Source: an uncultured Gammaproteobacteria bacterium (GTDB lineage: Bacteria; Patescibacteriota; Patescibacteriia; Magasanikbacterales; UBA922). From it: a DNA stretch of 37,358 nt. The DNA lies in NCBI GenBank assembly GCA_964412535.1, contig CAYPPF010000006.1, positions 1 through 37,358 of the forward strand, written 5' to 3'. Made by a program: the position numbers and the translations under genes. Each line of letters starts with the position of its first letter. The first letter of the stretch is position 1. A model generated the notes under the pieces. That model saw only the letters and a list, made by a program, of their open reading frames with translations, was not told the DNA's origin and ran no database searches. Shown piece by piece: positions 30,165 to 37,358 of this stretch.

Positions 30165-33100
30165 TTATGTAGCTAATTCAGTAAGTAATTCACCGTCAGT
30201 ATATTCCTCAGCTTCACCTACTGTTACGATTCTGTCCCATCTGAAGTTAAGGGACTCAAATGTAGGTTCATCTGGAATATATCTCTTTACTTGTAGTTCT
30301 GTGTCTTCTGGATCTGGTTCTAGTCTGTATACCTTAGGGTTGTCTTCATACTTGATTAAGGTATAGTTTGGATGATGATCAGTGTAACTGATCTCTGATC
30401 CTAGAGTGTACTTGTCTAGTAATCCTTCTGCAATGTCTTCGATCCAGTTCCATGCGTAGTTAAGGGTCTCGAATACTACTTCTGAAGTTATCCAATACTT
30501 TTCTGTACCTAGTAATAGGTAGACCTTTGGATCAGTTACTATCTTTACTAGAGCACCGTACTTAGGGTCATATTTAGGGCCCCAAGGCATGAAGCCTAGA
30601 GTGTCGTTAGTAATAGCATCTATTTCTGTTTCTGTTATTACCACTACATCTGACCAACCATCGAAGTAGGTGAAGAACACGTCAGATCGTTTAAAGGCCC
30701 GTTTAGTACAGTCTGAGGTGATGTAGTAGACAGCTGGTGAGCCAAGGTGTTTGTATGCTCCACCTTTGGTCAGATCGCATTCTACTTCTTCTTCTACTAC
30801 TTCTTCTACCACTATCTCCTGGTCAAAGCTTTGACCGGTCAGTGTAATGGTGTCATTGGTGTTTGTAGTACCACCGTCTGTAGACCTGAACTTTACATAT
30901 ACTGTCTTTACTCCGTTGCCTTCGGTCAATGTCCAATCTGATGTGGTTGTGTAATCTACATACGACACGTTGGTGAAATCATTTTCATTAGAAATTGCCA
31001 TTTCAGTAACTCCTGTAGAGTTCATATAAAGTAAAACAGCTTGGCTCGATACTTCTGACAACCCCTGTGCTATTGAAAACTCCAACTCCCCTACTGCGAC
31101 AACTGTCAAGTCTACTACACTCGCGTCGCTACTATCTAATTTAACTAATAAGTCATATTCGCCATCGCTATCTGTATCAACAAGTTCTTCTTCGCCCGGT
31201 GCCAGTGTAACTGTAACTGGATCAGATTCAATAGTAATAGTAACTGTACCGTCCTCTGCAGGGGTCCCTACTGTAATGGTATGAGTGCTACCACCAATAG
31301 AAATTGATTCACTTGTGCCTGGAGGAAGACTGACTTCTGAGGTAGCTAAAGCGTCTGCAGAAGACTCTTGTGTTGTATCTTCGTCTGTGGTGTCTTCCGC
31401 AGGTGTGGCAGGGACAGACGATGATGAGCCACCTGACCCACCGAACACACAAGCGTTTGTTTGTCCAGATACAGTACTTGAATAGCTTGTTTCAGTATTA
31501 TCTCCATTTCTTGCTTTCACACGGAAAGAATAACTACGACTACAATTTAGTCCAGTAAACGTATATGTTGAATCTGATGTCCACCCTGAGTTTACGTCGT
31601 CAGTCATGTTGTCAATATAGTGGGATGTGGAAGAGCTAGACCAAGCTACGGTAATTTGTCCTGAGCCTCCAGTGGTTATAACTGATGATGGAGCGGTAGC
31701 TAGAGTATACTTTGATGTAGCAGTAGTCAAACTTGACTCATTGGAGGTAGTTGCATTATCCTTAGTCTTCACTTGGAAAGTATAAAGAGTATTTACTGAT
31801 AGTGAACTCACAGTCCAATCAGTACTTGCTTGCCAGCCGTCAGTACTAGATGCAACTGTTTCTAAAAAATAGTATGGAGTAGCATGCAGACCAGCATTAT
31901 CATCACTGGCTGCAGAAGTGCTCAGAGCAATAGAGCTGGTTGTTATAGTTCCAAAAGAAATCGCCGCTCCAGTAGGAGCATCGCCATCATACTTGATTGT
32001 ATAAGTATCAAAATTAGTAGAATTTTCATTATCAGCATTTTGTGAGATTATATGCACATACCATGTTCCACTGTCATCAATCGTTTCTGCAGCAACTGAA
32101 AAAGTACCATCCGCATCTTCGGTGCCTGCTGCCACTTGTGCGGCCGTTGGAGAGGCTGTCTGATTAACTAAATAGTGATAGTGTGTGGTTGATGAATCAT
32201 CACTCGTCAAACTCATATCAGGTGTTGTATCATTATACCAAGTCACTTCAGAGGCATGAGAGGTGCTTTGGAGTACAGGATCTATAGCCAAAACATTTTC
32301 ATAAGCACCTATGTCATAGTACGTTAACGTGCCAGCCCCACCATCAGCAACACTTGGTTGATCATATCTCTGCTTTCCCAAATAATCAGTAGTTGGAGTA
32401 CTAGTATTACTAGTTCCCCTGTCTATGCAAGGAGAGCTAGCTTGAAGGGTAAAATTATTAGTAGAAGTACTCATGAAGAGAGGATCTTGAGCAATACCGT
32501 CTAAATTCGCCTCTGACCCATCACCACCTTGAAAATCTGTGGTGTTACTATACATATTATTGTGTGACATGGTCAGCTCACTTGTGTTACCAGCACCTGA
32601 GAACCAAATTGCTTCTTCGTGATCAAAAAGAATCGTGTTATACAGAGTGGTAGTACTCTGAATAAACAGCCCACGATCGTTATTATACAAAACACTATTT
32701 CTAATGGTTGATGTTACACCATCACGAACTGCAATGGCAAACTTGTTTTCAGGTATACTAAAAAGTACTAAATTATCAATAGTTAAAGTTGTCCCGCTTG
32801 CAGTATCAATTGCATGTCCCACTGTGGAGGATATTGTTGTTTCCGTAACTGTGACAGTACTCGCACCATCTATATCTATTGCACTATCACCACATACACC
32901 CAATGAAGTGGAATCAGCCGTTGTTATACTACCCCCATCCACATACACACAATCCCCTGTTTGATTAGTAGAGGTGACATTGCTTAGAGCAATGGTTCCA
33001 GTCGAATCTGTATAAATACCAGTGGTTCCTCCTGTAATGGTGGTATTTGTAATACTACCACTCTGATCATTCTCAAATTGAATATTACTGGCATTTGATG

Positions 33101-33731
33101 TAAAGGTGCTGCTAGTGATCGTAGTAGTGCCTCCTGTCCCATTTGCCGCATACAAAACCCAGACACCATAGCTAGTGTTATTAGAAACTGTAACGTTATC
33201 TAAAGTTATCTGGGCAGTAAAAATATTATTAACACCTGACACATTACCGGAAAAAGTACCTGTATTTACCACTGCTGTCGCACCTCTATGCAAAGACAGT
33301 CCATCATCTCCATTATTACTCCCAATTATTGAATTATATGTAGCGGTTGAAGTGGCAGCCTGTTTAAACCCATCATTATCCGCACCATATGATTCACAAT
33401 CATTTACAATTATACCACTACTTAGTCCAGCCACATCAAAATTATTTTCATTACCATTCCTAAGAACAATATCTTGAACAGTTATATAATTCTTAGTATT
33501 AATCAAAATGATATTATCCCTTTGATTTGCCTCAATATTACCACCTGTTGGATCACCACCAATATTAACATACAAAAGATTGGTATCCCAATCCCATTCA
33601 CTAGCCCCCAAAGTCCCAAAATTCCCGTCATTCTCTGTCAATGCTGTTGTACTATTAAGCACATAGTCTGTTTCTGTTGTAAGGGCGATCTTGTAAATAT
33701 TACCAGCATGCTGCGTCCAACTTCCACTCAA
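30165..33731 (-). CDS. Large surface protein with right-handed parallel beta-helix repeats, FN3-like domains and a C-terminal domain; downstream portion of an interrupted gene
   Basis: 1188-aa ORF. The track start is a TTG, and the frame stays open upstream to 33776. It has beta-helix-type repeats rich in N, G, T and S, FN3-like segments (TLYTFQVKTKDNATTSNES, YSFRVKARNGDNTETSYSS) and no signal peptide of its own. Confidence 0.75.
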   Translation of the reverse strand: MSGSWTQHAGNIYKIALTTETDYVLNSTTALTENDGNFGTLGASEWDWDTNLLYVNIGGDPTGGNIEANQRDNIILINTKNYITVQDIVLRNGNENNFDVAGLSSGIIVNDCESYGADNDGFKQAATSTATYNSIIGSNNGDDGLSLHRGATAVVNTGTFSGNVSGVNNIFTAQITLDNVTVSNNTSYGVWVLYAANGTGGTTTITSSTFTSNASNIQFENDQSGSITNTTITGGTTGIYTDSTGTIALSNVTSTNQTGDCVYVDGGSITTADSTSLGVCGDSAIDIDGASTVTVTETTISSTVGHAIDTASGTTLTIDNLVLFSIPENKFAIAVRDGVTSTIRNSVLYNNDRGLFIQSTTTLYNTILFDHEEAIWFSGAGNTSELTMSHNNMYSNTTDFQGGDGSEANLDGIAQDPLFMSTSTNNFTLQASSPCIDRGTSNTSTPTTDYLGKQRYDQPSVADGGAGTLTYYDIGAYENVLAIDPVLQSTSHASEVTWYNDTTPDMSLTSDDSSTTHYHYLVNQTASPTAAQVAAGTEDADGTFSVAAETIDDSGTWYVHIISQNADNENSTNFDTYTIKYDGDAPTGAAISFGTITTSSIALSTSAASDDNAGLHATPYYFLETVASSTDGWQASTDWTVSSLSVNTLYTFQVKTKDNATTSNESSLTTATSKYTLATAPSSVITTGGSGQITVAWSSSSTSHYIDNMTDDVNSGWTSDSTYTFTGLNCSRSYSFRVKARNGDNTETSYSSTVSGQTNACVFGGSGGSSSSVPATPAEDTTDEDTTQESSADALATSEVSLPPGTSESISIGGSTHTITVGTPAEDGTVTITIESDPVTVTLAPGEEELVDTDSDGEYDLLVKLDSSDASVVDLTVVAVGELEFSIAQGLSEVSSQAVLLYMNSTGVTEMAISNENDFTNVSYVDYTTTSDWTLTEGNGVKTVYVKFRSTDGGTTNTNDTITLTGQSFDQEIVVEEVVEEEVECDLTKGGAYKHLGSPAVYYITSDCTKRAFKRSDVFFTYFDGWSDVVVITETEIDAITNDTLGFMPWGPKYDPKYGALVKIVTDPKVYLLLGTEKYWITSEVVFETLNYAWNWIEDIAEGLLDKYTLGSEISYTDHHPNYTLIKYEDNPKVYRLEPDPEDTELQVKRYIPDEPTFESLNFRWDRIVTVGEAEEYTDGELLTELAT

Positions 33732-33749
33732 GTTGTCAGAACCATAATG

Positions 33750-33968
33750 ACCTCCTCCCCGGGTTCCGGCTAGCGCCTACACCCGGGGTTTCCTTTTCTT
33801 GGCATGAGAACACAACTAACGTTGTGTTCTCATGCAACTAGCTTGCCACAGTATTACATCTGTGGCAAGTATGGCACCATTCCTACCCCGGACTCCAACC
33901 AAAGCACCCCCTTCGGGGTGCATCTATCGTCTGTCGGCTTTGATTTCCGTCCGGGGTTGTCCTGGAAG
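33750..33968 (-). other. GC-rich, highly structured insert of about 220 nt splitting the beta-helix gene (candidate intron, ribozyme-like element or MITE); boundaries +/-20 nt
   Basis: Four strong hairpins: a 15-bp perfect stem at 33802-33835, a 10-bp stem at 33842-33869, a 7-bp stem at 33904-33921 nested inside CCCCGGAC/GTCCGGGG (33886-93/33949-56), and CCCCGGG/CCCGGGG (33757-63/33782-88). Three in-frame TAG codons. The flanking ORFs are in the same frame. Confidence 0.6.
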
Positions 33969-34325
33969 ATGTAAAAACACTGGATTATCTCCAGTGCCAT
34001 AGGAACCAAAAGTAATTTGGTTACTTGCATCTCCTGATGAAGGAACTGTCAAAGTTTCACGCCAAACCTCACCTTTTTGAAAACTGATAGTATCTCCTGG
34101 ACTAAAACTTTCCCCATTCACCTTACTAAGTGTTTTCCAAGCATTACCTTCTGAAAGACCATCACTTCCATCATTTCCATCTGTTGCATCTACATAGTAT
34201 GTGGTTCCTGCGGCTCTTACCTCTTTTGACCCCTGGGTAATCCAAACAATCATGCCTATATAGACAGATACTAATACACAAAACAAAACTGAAATTTTTG
34301 ATTCAAACATCTCTCGACGGAACAT
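33924..34325 (-). CDS. N-terminal portion (signal peptide plus beta-helix cap) of the interrupted surface protein gene
   Basis: MFRREMFESKISVLFCVLVSVYIGMIVW (signal/anchor), then AAGTTYYVDATDGNDGSDGLSEGNAWKTLSKVN...ITFGSYGTGDNPVF, the usual N-terminus of beta-helix proteins. The ORF then reads into the insert and stops at the TAG at 33924-33926. Confidence 0.7.
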   Translation of the reverse strand: MFRREMFESKISVLFCVLVSVYIGMIVWITQGSKEVRAAGTTYYVDATDGNDGSDGLSEGNAWKTLSKVNGESFSPGDTISFQKGEVWRETLTVPSSGDASNQITFGSYGTGDNPVFLHLPGQPRTEIKADRR

Positions 34326-34455
34326 ACCAAACAAACACAGATTATTCCTTGATTTATTTTATTAAAGTATACTACAATTTGACGAAATAGTAAATAGCAC
34401 CATCAAAATGTGCATCTTTAGCCAAATCTTTCTGTTTACTGTCCAATATTAAACA

Positions 34456-34481
34456 AAAACAGCCTTTAAAAAAGCTGTTTT
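34456..34481. terminator. Bidirectional terminator-like hairpin downstream of the GC-rich 924-aa gene
   Basis: AAAACAGCctttaaaaaaGCTGTTTT has U-runs after the stem on both strands. A second GC-rich hairpin lies at 34489-34513. Confidence 0.45.
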
Positions 34482-34557
34482 CGTTTTTGCCCGAATCTCG
34501 ATGAGACTCGGGCATAAAAGGAACAACACTTGATCTGAAATACTAGGTAGGAGACTA

Positions 34558-37358
34558 CTAGTCGTGAGACAGCTCCTCCAGCATCCGTCTGCGCATGGCC
34601 GGAGAGAACCTTCTCAGATCCAGAGCCATCTTCGCCTTGAGGAGCTCCCCTTCAGCAAGCTCCTTTGTCTCTGAAGCTCCTGCCAGGTCAGTAGCGGCCT
34701 GGACAAAACGATCGATCTGTCCCTTGAAAGCTCTGGACAGCTCTTCCATTTTGTTGACTGCCCCTCTCATTTCAGCGAGGAAAGCCAATTCTTCCTGACC
34801 TGCAGCAGAGAACAGATTCTCGATCTTGTCTCCAACTGGGTCCACGGGAGCCTCCACGACTTGGGCAGTCTGTTCAGAGACTTCTTCGAGTAGAAGCGAA
34901 GGTGCTGTCTGAATCTGCTCCTGGGCAACTGCCACGGGTGGAATCTCCACAACCTGGGCATCTTCGTTTGAGACACCCAGCTCTTCTTCAGCAGGAGGAG
35001 TCTCTTCAGAAGCCTCTACACCAATCCCGGTTTCGAGAGCCTCGTCTTCCGACTCCGTAACTCCGGCAGCTTCCTCAGGCTCAGTAGAGTCAGTTTCCTG
35101 TTCTCCTGGCGCTGCCGACTCTTCGAGAGCCTTCACATCTCCAGACTCTTGTCCTTCAGCCGTTGCTTCAGCCTCAGACTCTTCTTCCGGAGGAGTTTCC
35201 TCGGGAGGAGTCTCTGTAGCTCCTTCAACATCTTCAGGAGCCTGTCCGGTAGATTCATCGGCCTCAGATGCTTTCTCTTCAGGTTCTGGCGGAGCAGGTG
35301 ACTCTTCCGGCTTAGGCGGTTCTGCCTTTGCCGGTTCAGGCTCAGTCTCCTTCTCCAGCAGATTCTTGAGAACCGTGTCGGAAAGCATCTCATCACCCGT
35401 GCAAACCGGGAGGAACTCATGAGGATCCCTGTGGAATTTCCACTGCACAGGATCAAACCCGTTGTCCCGATCCATCGCTACACCGCCGACAGCCTTCTTG
35501 CGCATGAAGTTGACGGCAAAGTGGACTGCGCTATACCCGAACAACTCTGGATCCGGATCTTCATCAGGAATCCTCGGTTTTTTCTCGAGATCCACACCAG
35601 GTGCAACCCGATGGTACACTCCACACAAGCGGTGTTTCGAAGGTACTGGGTAGCCCATGTCCATGAGAAGATCATACGGGTCGATGTTCCAGACACGCAT
35701 GTTGTCCTTCTCGCCCATGATGCCATTGGCCACGAGCCTGTCGAGAAGCTCTTGCACTGCTTCCACATCTTCCATGTACTTGGCCACAGGTGTGAACTTG
35801 GGATTCTTGTAGCTGATACTGCGCGCCGCAGTTTCCCTGTTCTTGTGGTAGAGAAGCACTGCGAGCTCCACGTCGAGCATGGAAAGCGCAGGTGGTGGCT
35901 CGGAAACGAGACTGGTTCCATCCTCAGGGTTCACCAGCCATACAAACTCCTTGAGCCCATCACCACCGACCTCACCGGACACCATCCCTTCGCTCTCCAT
36001 TCTCCTGGAGAACTGATAGAGAGTCTCCCTGTTCTTGCAGCCAGCAAGCGGGGCGACTTCCTTGGTAGCGCAGAAGCTTTCGCCTCCCAATGCCTTGTAT
36101 AGCACCGTGGCTCTCTCCTGCAAAGACATTCTCTGGCCTAGCTTTACAGCAGCCGGCTTCTTCTTGGCCGGGGCGGTGGCCTTCTTTTGTTTGACCCCAC
36201 CTCCATTGTGGTCGGAGAAATCCCTGTTGAAAATCACGGCAACGAGGGGAGGTTGTCCTCCATATTCCTTCACACCGAACACGCGAGTGAGAGTACCATG
36301 ATTTTCTTGATTCTTTAGCATGCCGAGCATACTCCCCTTACTGCCCATACCCGCTGCTTCGACAAAGGCATCGTTCACTGGAACCTGAATTCCGACCTCT
36401 GCTGCCATAGCCTTGTAGATCATAGCGGCTCGGTCGTCCCGGCTCATCACTACTCCTGTCCGTCCCATCTCGTCCACCTCTCTGTTGAGTTGTACAACAT
36501 TATCCTCTATATCATCACCCAAATCATCCTGACTTGGTGGAAAATATAATATGGGGTTCTGTGTGCTCGTTTCCTCATGTCCCCATTTATCCCATGCAGA
36601 GTCGGTAAGTTCACTAGGAGCCCCAACTCCCTTAAAGCTTATCTCCCCTCTCTTGGCTCCTAGTATCGTTGGCAAAGTGCTGGGATTATACACTCCACCG
36701 AGAAACCATGTTGCTTGTTCCCTGTCTACGGTGAACTTTCCTCGAGGCTTCTTGCCTGGGAAACTAAGAATGGACAAGTCTGCCATTTCTTCTAGGAAAG
36801 CTCTCCTGATCCCCGGACTAGCCAAAGGAAAGTCACTTTTAGCTGAATAGTCCTTGCCAAAATTGACTTTGTCCTTGTGCATCAACCACCTTACTGCACG
36901 GCGGTATAGCATAGGCGACAAAGATGTCCTTTCAGCCCCTATCTCCTCAAAGACAACGAAATCTGCTGATTCCATTGCTCTGTAGAAGAAGTCTGCCTTT
37001 ACGACAGTGTCAATGCCTGCGTTGTCGGGAATCAGTGTATGATCCTCAAGAGCTTTCCTAACCGCTAACGCCCTTGCCCTAAACACCTGGTACAACGTGT
37101 CATTGGTCTCTCTGCAACAGAATACCGGCGTTATCACCGAAAGGTCCATCATTAGGGAGAAGAATGTCCCTGTCATCCACTCGCCTTTCAGAGGAACATG
37201 AAATGGTTCCACTTTTTGAGTGACTGAATTGTACAGCACGCACCTTTGGTAAGACAACCATTGAAGTGCTGGCCCGTAAACGCTTTCAAACGCACGGAGC
37301 TCCCCCATAGCTCTACCAACTTCCGCAACCACAGGATCCTCATCATCAATCCCCAGAC
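34558..37358 (-). CDS. GC-rich orphan protein of at least 924 aa, with repeated winged-helix-like modules and a long acidic Pro/Glu linker; the 5' end probably lies beyond the window
   Basis: The long ORF ends at the TAG at 34558-34560. The track start (37332) is a GTG, and the frame is still open at the window edge. G/C-ending codons dominate. Three units resemble each other (DRAAMIYKAMAAEVG, ERATVLYKALGGESF, ELAVLLYHKNRETAA). Confidence 0.7.
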   Translation of the reverse strand, partial: LGIDDEDPVVAEVGRAMGELRAFESVYGPALQWLSYQRCVLYNSVTQKVEPFHVPLKGEWMTGTFFSLMMDLSVITPVFCCRETNDTLYQVFRARALAVRKALEDHTLIPDNAGIDTVVKADFFYRAMESADFVVFEEIGAERTSLSPMLYRRAVRWLMHKDKVNFGKDYSAKSDFPLASPGIRRAFLEEMADLSILSFPGKKPRGKFTVDREQATWFLGGVYNPSTLPTILGAKRGEISFKGVGAPSELTDSAWDKWGHEETSTQNPILYFPPSQDDLGDDIEDNVVQLNREVDEMGRTGVVMSRDDRAAMIYKAMAAEVGIQVPVNDAFVEAAGMGSKGSMLGMLKNQENHGTLTRVFGVKEYGGQPPLVAVIFNRDFSDHNGGGVKQKKATAPAKKKPAAVKLGQRMSLQERATVLYKALGGESFCATKEVAPLAGCKNRETLYQFSRRMESEGMVSGEVGGDGLKEFVWLVNPEDGTSLVSEPPPALSMLDVELAVLLYHKNRETAARSISYKNPKFTPVAKYMEDVEAVQELLDRLVANGIMGEKDNMRVWNIDPYDLLMDMGYPVPSKHRLCGVYHRVAPGVDLEKKPRIPDEDPDPELFGYSAVHFAVNFMRKKAVGGVAMDRDNGFDPVQWKFHRDPHEFLPVCTGDEMLSDTVLKNLLEKETEPEPAKAEPPKPEESPAPPEPEEKASEADESTGQAPEDVEGATETPPEETPPEEESEAEATAEGQESGDVKALEESAAPGEQETDSTEPEEAAGVTESEDEALETGIGVEASEETPPAEEELGVSNEDAQVVEIPPVAVAQEQIQTAPSLLLEEVSEQTAQVVEAPVDPVGDKIENLFSAAGQEELAFLAEMRGAVNKMEELSRAFKGQIDRFVQAATDLAGASETKELAEGELLKAKMALDLRRFSPAMRRRMLEELSHD

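Noticed and set aside
33777-33926. Three in-frame TAG codons between the two halves of the beta-helix gene, considered as evidence for TAG recoding (pyrrolysine or stop-codon reassignment).
   Set aside because: TAG is used as a genuine terminator elsewhere in the window (4552-4554 and 34558-34560). The read-through peptide is not beta-helix-like, and the region is dominated by RNA hairpins. No pyl genes are visible here.
33750-33968. Classification of the insert as a group II intron or an intein.
   Set aside because: It is far too short for a group II intron, has no 5' GUGYG and no recognisable domain V. An intein is excluded by the in-frame stops.
34489-34513. The GC-rich hairpin GCCCGAATCTC-gat-GAGACTCGGGC considered as the terminator of the 924-aa gene.
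   Set aside because: On the minus-sense RNA it is followed by an A-run rather than a U-run. The neighbouring hairpin at 34456-34481 fits a bidirectional terminator better, so this one is kept only as an unexplained stem-loop.

Overview
The window has a low-GC, tightly packed bacterial backbone. Hand counts give about 30-38% G+C. Backbone genes have no Shine-Dalgarno (SD) motifs, and many have TTGACA-17-TATAAT-type or extended -10 promoters. A small-genome, possibly Patescibacteria/CPR-like lineage is my low-confidence guess. Backbone content:
- A GT4/GT4/O-antigen-ligase operon (1-2944, minus).
- A long minus-strand cluster (26200 down to 10931): an AI-2E transporter, membrane proteins, a degenerate HtrA-like protein, a Wzz/CpsC-like protein, then a four-gene operon with two giant acidic MORN-repeat proteins (1190 aa and 2408 aa). 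The 2408-aa gene contains a perfect 384-bp tandem duplication.
- A very compact smpB-ssrA(tmRNA)-infC-rpmI-rplT block.
- A dense patch of small promoter-driven units (28.3-29.4 kb): a candidate sRNA, a SprT-like protein, a 38-aa basic peptide, tRNA-Asp and a second candidate sRNA.
- A NYN-domain gene.
- A large beta-helix/FN3 surface-protein gene, split in frame by a roughly 220-nt GC-rich, highly structured insert.

Two GC-rich segments sit inside this backbone, and every gene start visible in them has a strong GGAGG SD:
- 3.07-10.5 kb encodes an RpoH-like sigma factor with a C-terminal extension, two very large cysteine-rich repeat lipoproteins and a glycine-zipper lipoprotein.
- 34.56 kb to the window end encodes an orphan protein of at least 924 aa, whose start lies off-window.

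The best candidates for something new are the structured insert, the GC-rich sigma/lipoprotein block, the giant MORN-protein operon, and an orphan sRNA whose loop mimics the anti-SD sequence. No CRISPR array, rRNA or recognisable transposase was seen.
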